The notes beneath the pieces were generated by a model. It did no database searches and was not told where the DNA came from. It saw only the letters and a program-made list of their open reading frames with translations. From NCBI RefSeq assembly GCF_006345805.1, contig NW_021836129.1, positions 124,001-188,000 of the forward strand: a stretch of 64,000 nt of DNA, written 5' to 3'. Source of the DNA: Octopus sinensis. Taxonomy: Eukaryota. The position numbers and the translations under genes are program-made. This document shows, piece after piece, positions 13,711-25,443 of the stretch (position 1 is its first letter; each line of letters opens with the position of its first letter).

Positions 13711-15224
13711 TAACGTTCTTAACACGTGAATAATTTATCATATTTAATTCAATAAATTAAAAATATTTAGAAAATAAAATAAATAACATTTAATATCGTC
13801 AGTCTGTTTAACTATCAAACAATGTGAATTTAACCAGTTAACATTAATGAAGGCTTCTAGTGTAACAACATACCAACTTCTTTTTCGACAACGCGGACAA
13901 TCAAAATCATCAAATTAACAATTTTAATTATCTATGGGATATTTTGAATCTAAAATAATAATATAAAAAGGAGTTTCTAATCACATCCAGCTAGGGCTTT
14001 ATATTGTAATTTTTGCGATATTTATTTAACATGCCGAATAAATGGTTTTTGGAAAGATACAGATTTACGCAAAACATATTTTACATATAAAGGATTCCAA
14101 AATAAAGATTTAAACGAGTATTCCCACTCCTGTTAATACAAATGATTTTTCATCAAATTTAACTGAAGCATATTATATTTCAGCAAATATTCCATTATAA
14201 TCAAAAGAATTAACCATAATGTTATAATGTTTAACAACTTATTTAGTCGAGAAAAGATTTAGTCTTCTAAAACATATTCTAACTATTGGAAAAAACACTC
14301 TAAATATGCCATTATGGAAATATTCGACTCAGTCTGACGAATATAAAAGCAGACTCTGAAGCTCTATCAAAGAATCTTCAGTTCCAAGGGGCATATAAAT
14401 AAAATTAATTGTCTTAATTTTTTGCCTCTTTCATTTTTTCTGGAAAAAAATAAACTATTAAACGAAATTTTATAAATTTTTTTACATTCATACATCAAAA
14501 CGAAGCTAATATGTTGATGCGTTCTTTCCAAAGTGTTGGGAAGAGAATGAAATGGGTGGTCTACCCTGGCTCAGTGCTTCATTGGTTGGGCGAAGAAAGT
14601 TCAAAAGGTGTGACGAGTAAAAAAAGTTATGTATACTAGTCTAGATTATCCTTCACTTTTGAAATTGAAATCGCTTAGAATGTACCTATACAATATTTAG
14701 AATAAACATAAGGTTCGCTTTCTCATAGAAAAGGACCGATCCTACCAGATACAGTATCAATTAAAATTTTATCTTCTGAGTAACTAAACTGTTAAATTAG
14801 AATAAATTTGTGAATGTCTGTAAAGATAGAGCTAAATGTATGATCGGAAAATTTCTGTATAATATACAGAAATAGTCAAAGATGTCACATTTGATACCAT
14901 CCATGCCACTGGGAAGCAAATTCCGTTTTAAGTTTTTATCGAATATCAATAACCGAATCCTATAACAGATATGGATCTTAAACAAATGATGTCTTATTAA
15001 ACAAACTTAGCAATATTTGATCCATGTAAACTTTAATTCTCAAGATTACAAACATCCATATTTGATGCAATGAACTACAACAGTGATTCTTTAATGAAGC
15101 ACTATAGTTGTGATTATGAACAGATAATATGATTTTGAAGCTAAAGTCATTTTTAACAAACTTGGATATCAACAATTCTGAGTTACATGTAAATATATCC
15201 TCAGTTATGGAATGAAATTGAAAC

Positions 15225-15445
15225 AATTATAATAACACGATGTCCGGGCCACCGAGAGTGGCGTCGTCGAGATACCAAAGTTTAGTGGGGAAAATATAAG
15301 CTTGATCACCTCAGGGATTCCAAAACAGAAAAGGAGTAGCAACAGATGGTCTCCCTGTTGAACTCCAGAAGCAGACGGGATAATGTCGGAATCAAAGATA
15401 AGGGAAGATGGTTGGCCGTATAATTGGAAATTAGCCCAAATAAAG
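15225..15445 (-). mobile_element. CRE-clade non-LTR reverse transcriptase fragment
   Basis: IIPSASGVQQGD..LLFCFGI..SPLN..YLDDATL in broken frames; paralog at about 47310-47485 reads QQGDPLG. Confidence 0.75.
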
Positions 15446-16121
15446 AAGGACAACGAATTTGAAATTAATTATGAAAATTGTCTTATGATTAATCCAATAT
15501 TTACAAAAAATTCGAAAATGCTTGAAAAAGGCCATCATATAAAATATCACAATTGATAGCGAAATCAGGAAAACTCCATACTATTCGAAAGGCTTTAATA
15601 TTACCAGTGCTGAATTTAATGGTTGATTGTGATTCTCAACAGATAATATGATTTTGAAGCGAAAGTTATTTTTAACAAACATGGATATCAACAATTCTGA
15701 ATTACATATTGAAAAAAATATCCTCAATTGTGGAATTAAGATGAAACGCTTTTAATGGCATTTCCTTCAACATATCTAGTTGACAAAGGATTTAGTGCAA
15801 TATTTTGACCAAAAAAATAAATTATTTGAAATTGTGAATGGAGAAGATTGGAGACTTAATCTGTTAAATAGTGAAGCTGACATAAAGAAACTAACAAATT
15901 CTCATCAGGCACAGAGCAGTCATTAAAATTTTTAAATAAAAATTCTAAATGTGATTTGCGACCCCACTGCTATCACTTTGGCTGAAGGTTCCATGCATCG
16001 AATATGCACCCGGATTGACGAGTGACACCGTCATCAGTGTTATCACTGCAAAACCGAATGTCTTAAACATACCTTATTTTTAAAATGACAAATCAGAAAA
16101 GTCATTAGAAATTATGACATA

Positions 16122-17393
16122 CAGTACCGTGCAAATGTTCCGGACCACCCAATAATTAATAATTAACTTCACCTCCTTTATTCTTTACAACATCGATCAT
16201 CCTAGTCGGAAGTGATTTATAGAGATTTTCTATATGAGCATCTTCCATTTCATAAAATTCTTTTTTTTGTAATTCTCCAGATCTTCTGGTTCTTTTTCAC
16301 GTATTCTTTGTTTAAGTATACACCAGAGGTTTTCAATAATGTTAAATCCGGTGATTGACTTGGCCCTTTTCAAGTAATTTAACTTTCTTCTGATCAAGAT
16401 ATTGAATGGTGGATCTCGATTTGTGGCATGGGGCCCCATCTTGCTGGAACATCATATTTTGAAAATTTATATTTTCTAATCCTTCTTCGAGAATTCTTTG
16501 GTATTCATTGGAATTAACATTTTTCCTACTCAAAACCAATGCTCTTTTTCCAGTTGCAGTGATAGCACCCCATACCAAGATATTCGGAGAAAACTTTACA
16601 GTTTCTGATGAATATTTTTTCTCATTTCTACATTTTTCTGGTCTTCTAACATATCTTCTAACATTTGGAAATAACATAATTCGACATTCATCTGAAAAAA
16701 TTACATTAATCTTGACTTCAAAAAATTACATTAATCTTGACTTCAAATTTCTTATTTTAAGTTTCGGTTTTTTTACCATTATTCTACCATGAAGATTATT
16801 GGACCTTAAACATCGTTTAATCGTATCTACAGAAACGGATAATGACAAATTGAGATCAGATCTAATTTGATTGGCTGTTTTAGAAGGATCCATTTTTGAT
16901 CGATAAACAATATTTCGTTCATTTCTTTTAGATAACTTCTTGGGTCTTCCAGATTTAGGTTTATCCTGAATTATGGAACATGTAGAATATCTTTTAATAG
17001 TTCTCTGAACTGTAGACTTGGAAATTCCAACACATAATGATATTTTTCTTTGAGACATTCCAAGTTTATACAGAGTGATAATTGAGGCATGGTTACCGAA
17101 ACTAACACGAGGCATTTAACGAATTTAATATATATTGAGCATTAAAATATCAGATGAAGGTGTATTTAATAATAATTAAAAAAAAATTAATGAGTGGTCC
17201 GGAACATATGCACGGGTCAAAATTTACTGACTGCTAAAAATTCAATATTGTAAAATTTTATGAAAAAAGAAAAACCAAAAAAGTTTTGTATTCATTTAAT
17301 ATTAAAATTTGTCTAAGAGAGTCAAGCCGTAACTGCCAAATATATATAGAATTAAAAAATAATTGGGTGGTCCGGAACATTTGCACGGTACTG
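16122..17393 (-). mobile_element. Tc1 element, frameshifted transposase
   Basis: TA TSD; 32-bp TIR CAGTACCGTGCAAATGTTCCGGACCACCCAAT with an extra internal copy near 17193; ORFs 16726-17115 (HTH, SGRPKKL) and 16342-16677 (VWGAI, FQQDGAPCH), then NIIENLW; about 25-bp internal tandem duplication near 16700-16745. Confidence 0.95.
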
Positions 17394-17419
17394 TATATAC
17401 CTGTTACAAATACCTAATT

Positions 17420-17860
17420 TTTTAATTTTTAATTTAAGCTGGTGATATGAAGCATCATATTTTTCCATTTTATCTGAATAAAAAGTGTCAACTAGATCTT
17501 GTAGATCTATAAAAGTTTACATAAATAGATTTTAACATTAATTAATGTTTATAGTAGATTTATAGGTTTTAGTACAATTTATTCAGATTTGAATTTGTTC
17601 ACTTTTTCATAAATCTACAAAAGAAGTATGCAACAACTTAAAATCGCTTTTCTACCTATACGAACCTTTAAAAATTTTGCACTCGGATAATGGCTCAGAA
17701 TTTGAAAATGTGTCTTTAAGAATTCTTTGTGAAGACAACGTAGTTCAGATACATACAAGACAAAACAATTCGCGCAGACAATGAATTGTAGAACCATCAC
17801 AAGAAAACTCTTCAAAATGATAGACACAAATAAAAAAGTCGCTGGAAATTATAAAAATTC
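17420..17860 (+). mobile_element. rve-type integrase core remnant (Gypsy/Ginger-like)
   Basis: Broken LDLVDL ... SDNGSEF.N ... IVE motifs; paralog at about 49400-49830; a related integrase N-terminal-like remnant lies at 11440-11680. Confidence 0.55.
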
Positions 17861-18273
17861 CAGTGTATTGTTATAACAAGGCTATATACTCATTTTCAAA
17901 ACCAGAGTCCTTTCAAAAGATATTAAAAGATAAGCGAAATAAACACTGTTATTGCATGTTATAATTATCAAATTATGTATTTTTTTTGCTATTATCAAAT
18001 TAGATAGAAAAAATTTATTACAGGAGTTGCTGCTCCAGTTTATGTCTGGACTACTATTTGAATTGCTGTTTTGAAGTGTTGCAGGTACTAAATATAAGAA
18101 ATTTAACAATTAAAAACATGGATTTTTTACAGACTGGCAAATGACGACAAAATTGATTGAATCTTATATCAAAACTCTTAAAAATAATAAATCTACAAAT
18201 TTTTTATTTAATCTTAATTTATTGATTTTTGTTTATAAACCAATATTTTAAGAATCCAAAACATATCACATAT

Positions 18274-18962
18274 TTTTTGTTTTTAAATATAACGTTTTTA
18301 AACCAATAATAAATTAATAGTTAATCAGAAACTAAGCAGATCTCACTCCAGCTCGCTGATATCCACTCTCCTTCTCTTGGAAGAAGAGTCTACTTCCAGC
18401 TGCCTCTTACTCCCCACTACCACATCTGATTCAACCATTGCATCTTCTTTAGCATTCATTGGGTCGTCTTCATTTTTGCATGCCATCTCCACATACCGGT
18501 TGGAAGCAGAAGCGTATTCTTCACCAGATACCTTCATTCCGTGCATGTGTTCGATCATCATACTCTCGAGCGTTCTTTTCAGTACAACGGATTGGATGTA
18601 TGTCCTCGTTCCTGCTTCAATAGATAGTTTCTTCATATAATTTTTGAAGCATTTCGAGACAACTCCATCCCATGTCATAACCACAGGAATTATTTTTACT
18701 TGACAGCTATACAGAAGCGAAAGCTCACTTGCCAATAGGTCATACTTGTGACACTTTTCAACCTCCACTTGCTTGAGGCGATCCTGTGAAGTAATACCCA
18801 CTTCAATTAGATTTATTTCGTTTCTGACTTTGTCGTGGACAAAGATATCTGGCTTGTTATATTCTACTTTTGTTTCGGTGAGGATTGTAGAATCAACCCT
18901 GATTTCAACTTTTCCCGTCGACAGTGTTGACTGAACAGAATGTCCCTTCAATCGTCTTGCTT
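18274..18962 (-). mobile_element. 5'-truncated RLE-type non-LTR retrotransposon (restriction-like endonuclease domain only)
   Basis: ORF 18343-18951 has NKPDIFV..LIEVGIT..EVEKCHKYD; flanked by approximate TSD ATAT(C/T)ACATAT; absent at the paralogous site near 50680. Confidence 0.9.
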
Positions 18963-19392
18963 ATATTACATATATTAAAAACATTTAATTTTAATTAAGA
19001 TAGTTTATGAAAAACTTGATCAGTCTTGATCTCCGTTTATGAAAAAGATATGTCATGATACAAAATCTAAATTATCCTGGCTGCATGGATTGTAAATTGG
19101 GTGGTTCTTTGTAAACAAAAAATTACTGTTTTTTGAAATTTCTATTTTTCAAAAAGTCTTTAGATTTTAAAAACTTTAATGAATTTCCGTAATATGAGAT
19201 TTAATTTTCAAATCCAGATAATATTACAAATAAGAAAATATTCACAACCAAAAAACGGATAATTAATTAAAAACTCCCTGAACCACAACTCATCTTTTGG
19301 AGATAAAATAACAAGTCAAGACACACCAAGTCCTTAATATTAATAAATATAATAATCGAAAGTATTAAAGAATATAATAAAAAACTGATTAT

Positions 19393-20056
19393 TTAAATAT
19401 CGACAATAAAAAAAATGTCAGTACGATTACTAGTTGTAACAATATTCATACAATGGTAAGTAACAGCCTTGATCTCCGTACCCTAAAATAAAGAATATTA
19501 TTTAAAACTTGTTCATGTTTTTTCAAATCAAACTCCTCTCCTTTTCTATAAATGAATCAAAAAACCAGAAATCTTACAATCTACATTCCAAAGACCATCC
19601 TCCATCACAATTTTGACCAAATTGAGTAATATTTATATCCTAAATATTAAAAAAAACAACCAAAAAAAACATTTGCGACAAAATATTGACCGCAGGAAAA
19701 TATAAAAATTATTTCATCCAGGAAATTGTAAAGTAAAGAATATAAATCATGTCCTACGTTAAAAATAATCACAAAAAACCTTCAACGGAAAAATCAAAAT
19801 AATTTTTAAATTCAACTTTATTTATATTTGTCATATATCCGTACATTCCGAGAGCAGCCTAAGATTTAAAAAATAAAAATGCCAATTCAAAGGCTTCCTC
19901 GATATTTGGAGACCCTAAAAATTTCATGTTTAAATTTATACAGGAATGGATTCTATATTTATTAATTTAATATTTAATACTGAATGTCAGCAGGATGGTC
20001 CAAATCTTAAAAAATTATTATTTAATTTACTAACATTCATATCCACACTCACCCAT
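19393..20056 (-). CDS. ZBTB8OS: Archease (RtcB tRNA-ligase cofactor), copy 1; 9 exons, 8 introns of about 24-31 nt
   Basis: Spliced translation MGECGYEYLDHPADIQIHSWSPNIEEAFELAALGMYGYMTN...GHDLYSLLYNFLDE...KGEEFDLKKHEQGTEIKAVTYHCM...FFIVDI* matches the archease motifs YLDHxAD, EEAFE, GTEI/VKAxTY and terminal D-I. Confidence 0.96.
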
Positions 20057-20277
20057 ATGACAATAAAATTAAATTTAAATAATCAAAATATTTTTTATAA
20101 ATATTTTTTAACTTAAATTTTGTGAGTCAATTATTTATTCGCAATAATAAGATTTTTGTGTTGATTAAATTATAATCCTTTTCGTTATAAAATTTCATTT
20201 AAAATTATTTTTCATAATACAAAAATTTTAATTTATTATTTTTAATTAATAAATTATAAATTTTATAATAAATTATT

Positions 20278-21500
20278 TTAAAATAAATCAAATTTATTTT
20301 CTTGTTGTAGCATTCTAATATCCTCCAACTCTGAATAATTCTTTTTCAATTTATTCTTCATTTCCATTATCTATAATGAATTAAATGTTTAATACAATAT
20401 TTAAATCTTTCTTTGCCTCATTCAATGATTCATACACATTAGAATGCCTTTTATTTATTATTTTATTATTAAATTCACGAAGTTCCTCTGTAATCTGTGC
20501 CACATCTTCAGCCCTAAAAAATGATAAAAATTTCCCGCCTTTTTCTTTCCTTTTCCATCAAATCAAAAGCCGAAAAATTTTTCTTAGCCACAATCTGGTC
20601 TATGGGACTGTTCTTGGCCTAAAAGTCAATTTTTATGTCTACAATCTCATTTTCCATAGAAGTAGGAATACGAGTCACATCAACTCCAAAAGGTGCATTA
20701 TTAATATTATTATTAATTTCTTAAAATTAATATATTTAAATTAAATATATTATTAAATAATAAAATAAACTTATTTTTCCAATTTGAATATCAAATATTT
20801 TTTGTTGGTTAATTATTTTGGTCTTTTCTCTCCAATCAACCAGAGCTCGACATACACTGAAGATTATAAATAAAAAACAACTTTAAACGATCCAATTTTT
20901 TCTGAGTCACAATTTTTAGATCGTCGGAAACAATTTTTGGTTTATTTTTATTCATAATTTTTGATTTTTTATCTTAAAATTCATGGAAAACTAATTTTTT
21001 TACCAATTTTTATTGGAATTTGGATATTTTTGTGGATTTCGTTTTTTAAATGTTTCAAAAAACTGTCTAAACCTGAAGAATATATTTTTTTAAAATCTGA
21101 GTCCAGTGGGTTTGATCTAAGACTCAAATTTTTTAAATTTGGTAAAAATCCTGTCTGTTTTTTGATGTAAAAAAACCGTATGAGTTGGGAATTGAAGTCA
21201 GGACGTTTCGGTCGAGAAGAAGTGTGTTGAGGTCACACTCTTTTGGCGATTGGACCAAAGGTAGTTGAGATATTTGATTGGCGCGAAGATCAATCCAAAG
21301 AGCTTTTTGGAGGGAATCAAAAAATGAATTTGGTAATATTTTTAGATTGTTTTTTGATAGATTTAAGAACTTAATTATTTTAATATAATTACTTTTATGT
21401 TTTTTATATTTAGGAGTTCTTTTGGAATTTCGTTTAGTTTGGAATTAGATAAATTAACTTTATTTTCATTACATTGTTGATATGCTTTAGATATCATCAT
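20278..21500 (-). CDS. Leucine-rich repeat protein, LRRC27-like, copy 1 (multi-exon)
   Basis: Spliced translation MMISKAY..VNLSNSKLNEIPKELLNIKNIK|FLNLSKNNLKILPNSFFDSLQKALWIDLRANQISQLP..LNTLLLDRNVLTSIPNSY|GFLPNLKNLSLRSNPL followed by a coiled-coil-like tail ending ENKFDLF*. The repeat pattern resembles LRRC27 (FFQLLPNLTWLDLRYN..LKTLLLERN). Confidence 0.82.
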
Positions 21501-21776
21501 AAGATTGGTAACTTGGTAATATTTTATTTATTTAATTAACAAATAGAATATAAATATATTAAAATATAATATTTTATTAATATAATAGATTTAAAATTTA
21601 TATTTTATATATCAAAAATTTATAATAAAAAACTAGTATTAATATACACAATGCTTTTTTCTCAATTAAACTAGTAATATAAATCTAAATATTTATAATT
21701 ATTTATAAATATATTAATAAAAATTATATTTAATAAATAAAGAATTTATTGACTAATACTCAGCACCTTGTTGTGC

Positions 21777-22328
21777 ATGTCAGGTCAACATATTTCTGAC
21801 CCAATTACCACAGAAAATAGTAATTTATGACTAAAATATAATTAATTAGTAATAACCACAAATAAACGTGGTTGGAATGACCCTCCTAAGATGTCATACA
21901 TGTATACAACCTCTGGATCAGACTCATCCAGCACATCCTCAAATTCAACATCCTCAAAGCCAAAATTCGATAAAAATGAAGATTTGGGGAAACAGTCCTA
22001 CGTAATCAACAATTCTCAAAAAATAACATCAGGCCTTGTTAAAGTTGTATAAAAAATAATTATTCCAAAGGAGGCTGTGATTGGTAAAAGAATTGACATT
22101 CTTAACGAGGCATGGGAAGGAAATTTGCTATCAGAAGAAATAAAGGACTATTTGGTTCAATTGATCACGTGCTTGCTCAAACCTGACTATTTTGGCGCCG
22201 AAAATATATGCAAGATTATGGCGGTTGACCACATTAAAGAGGTTCATTTTATTACGTAATAAATTCAGGTCAGTAGGTGGATTGCTGGATATAGAATGCT
22301 TATTTCTCAATTAAAAAATAATATATAA
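21777..22328 (+). CDS. SRA1: Steroid receptor RNA activator protein (SRAP), copy 1; 3 tiny introns
   Basis: Spliced: NKRGWNDPPKMSY ... IGKRIDILNEAWEGNLLSEEIK..IMAVDHIKE|VSRWIAGYRMLI, matching SRA1 ERGWNDPP and [20 protein letters not shown]. Confidence 0.93.
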
Positions 22329-22359
22329 GTTTTTTAATTTAATTTTTACTAACATTTTA

Positions 22360-22984
22360 TTAAAAATCTTCAATTTTTATATAACAGATATTATTTCCCG
22401 CCGTTGTAGCGATTATTAAAGCGCGGGAACCAAAAATACGGGTATAAAAATCTCTAAGTTGCATCAAATTATTTTCACCACTAAAATAGTGTTTAAAATT
22501 ATTTATATATATTATTTAAATAATATTTAATTTAAATATATAATAAAATACCTTGTTACAAATAAATGATATTGTGGTGATGTGGGATTAGATTTTTTAA
22601 AAGTCTTAACACAAGACGGTAAATAAACATCAAAAATGGAATAATCAAAAGGAGTAGTATTACGACGTAGTACATAGCCCAGTTGTGTTAAATTGGAGTA
22701 TACAGTCATGACATTACTCCCCAATAGTCCATCAACTATAAGGGACAGGTCATCGGCCTGTAGTAATTGGCCGTCTTTAAGACATGTTAGTGAGCCCTTG
22801 TTGGTTAGATATAGTATTTCCTCGAGGAATAAGTAATGTTTACTATTTTTTGAATATCCCATTGTTTTGAAGAAGTTGCCCTAATTTGAAATATATATTT
22901 TTTTACTTTTATTTTTACTAGTTCGCCTACTTTCAAGTCTTCTATCCAATTAGCATGTGCTGTTTTAGATAGTAATGACTCCAT
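22360..22984 (-). CDS. TSEN54: tRNA-splicing endonuclease subunit Sen54, miniaturised, copy 1; 2 introns
   Basis: AHANWIEDLKVGELVKIK|GNFFKTMGYSKNSKHYLFLEEILYLTNKGSL..VYSNLTQLGYVLRR..IFDVYLP..FKKSNPTSPQY matches the Sen54 N-terminal domain and conserved C-terminal block. Confidence 0.88.
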
Positions 22985-23272
22985 TAACTAAATAACCACA
23001 AGTGGATAAATTATATATATATTTATTATATTATCAAATTTTAAATTTAATTAAATATATATAATTATAATGTGACAAATAATTTTAACTTTAGTCCTTT
23101 TAACTTTTATTAAATAGATTAACTAACGAATAAGAATGACTTTATAAATTTTTATTTTATTAATTTAAGTAATTTAATAAATATTTTTAAATAATTAATT
23201 AGTATATTTAAATTTATAATAAAAGAAGACATAATTTATTGTGGTCCTCTTACTCTAGTGAGTAATATAAAC

Positions 23273-24760
23273 ATGAGCATTGAGCAGTCAGTTATACCGA
23301 TAATTTCTCCTTGTATTCCAGACGAGGAAAAGATTATCCAATCATTGCTAATATTAGATAAGTTCCAACAAGATTTTAGACATTTTGTTCAAAAAATAAA
23401 TCAAAATGTATAAATATGTAACGATTAAAGCTATAGATAGATGTTAGAAAGGACAGATTGTCATCCATAAAGTCTAGAATTTCAATTGTTGAGCAAAAAA
23501 TCAAAAAACTGGACAAATCGGGCAAGGCAATAAGGATTTATTCTCCCTTCAATTTGCCTCAGACAATAAAATTTCCAAGAAATGACCTCCAAGTGAGGCC
23601 AAATCTTAAAAATGAGACCAAACTCCACTACAAACTATCAAAAGTTTTTTATTTAAATATCTATTATAAATTTAAATAAAAATAAATTTATTTTAATTAA
23701 TTAATTAGAATTTAGATTTAATATCTCAATATAAAAATACTACAATTGTTCCAGCCTCTTTTGATTTACTAAAAGACAAAGAAAAGACACCATTTAATGA
23801 GGGAATTGGTCGGCCTCCAAACAATTTGAAAAGCACTGGAAATTTTCTTATATATAATACAAATATAAATGCGTAATTTATTTTTATATTTATTATTAAT
23901 TTTTTATTTTGATAAATAGATTTAAAAACTATTCTTTTGTTGATCCTCTCAATGTTGTTTCAAAAATTACAAAACCACATTTAAAAAGACATGAGCCAGC
24001 CAAGGCACCGGAGACCGTGACTTTGGGCCATCAATTCGATCCTTTCCAGCGTTTAAATTTTGACTACAATCCTATTTTGGGTGATGTACCTCAAATCAAG
24101 GTCCCCGAAAGTCTTCCCGTGCTTTCTGGTTAAACTCAATTTGTTATTTCAGGGATTGTAAGTGATTTGAATTATCTCCCTAAAAAAGAAACGGGGATTG
24201 CTCCGTCGATTATTTTGACTGAAATCACCGTGGATTTACCGGATCTTGATTCTGAATTCACCGAGGATCCCGTAGTCTCCACATCACCAAAGGTCGAGAC
24301 TTCGCATCCCGAATCCAACATTTTTCCAAAATCTGAAATTGTAGAGGAAAACACGACTTTGTCATCTAAAAATGAAATCGAGGAAAATTTTGTAGTCGAA
24401 GATGACAAAAAACCTGTCGAGGTCACTCCGAAGCCTTCGGGAGAACCGAAACTGAAGGCTCTGCTTGACTCAATTCTTGACGCGGGAGGGATAAATCAGT
24501 TCAAATTTCGAAAAAGAAAAGAAAATGAAACAAAAACTGAGATTGAACCAAAAAAGGAAGAGGAAAAACTTGATATATTGTCACAACTCAAAAAAGTGTT
24601 AAAAAGAAGAGGCGAGTCTCTAAAAGGGAAGGGAGAGGACTATGTAGAGCCTCCAAAGTCGAAGAAGTATGAGGAGTCACCACTAATTAAGAGTATATCT
24701 AAAGTCATAAAGAGTGAATCAATGGAGGAGGATGAAAATGAGGCTGGCTGGTCGGATTAA
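23273..24760 (+). CDS. WASHC1: WASH complex subunit 1 (Arp2/3 activator), copy 1; 4 introns
   Basis: WAHD motifs (IPIISP..EEKIIQ, KIKKLDKSGKAIRIYSP, EGIGRPPNNL..FLIYNTN, YSFVDPL, YNPILGDVPQIKVPESLPVLSG, GIAPS) and VCA (LKALLDSILDAGGI, DILSQLKKVLKRRG, acidic tail EDENEAGWSD*). Confidence 0.95.
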
Positions 24761-25443
24761 ACTTATTTTCATTACTAATGTTATTATATAAGTCATATTT
24801 ATTGTGGAATTTGGTTTTAAATATTTCTATTTTCTGAGTGTTTATAAAAAATTAATATTTGATATTTTCTGGATTTTTTATATTTTATGAGCATAAATTG
24901 TGTTAGTAGCTATTATAATGAAACTAGGGGACTTATGGCACAAGCTTTCCCAAATAAGAGCCTTCAAATTCGTTTTTGTGTTAATATAATCTTTAAAATA
25001 CTTTAACAAATTCCCTATACGCATTCTAAATCAATATTTTTCGGTAGATTAAAAATTTTGAATGGGTTAACTAGCTAAAAGTGTGCATATTTTGAGCTAA
25101 AAATAATTTTTTATTTCTTGCCAAAACAATAGCGAGATTTTTACTTATCAACTTTATTTTTAGCTAAGAGGTAGAATATGATAGTCAGCTGTATTATCTT
25201 GATAAAAAATTGACATTGTTGTTAAAAAATACTTAATTTCCCATGGTTTGAGCTCTTAGTGCGTTTTCAGACATCTTAATATTTTGTTAAAACAACAAAT
25301 AAGGTTATTCAGTAACAAAAATGTAAATAAAAATCAAACAAATTCTTTTTTCCTTTGAATTGATTTTGAAGATTAATCTCTGCAAAGTTCCTTTTTGAAA
25401 TTTACTTGCTTTATAATACCGTTATAAATTTCAAAAAATTATA

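Noticed and set aside
20385-21170. Plus-strand ORFs 20385-20744 and 20961-21170
   Set aside because: Antisense shadows of the spliced minus-strand LRR gene.
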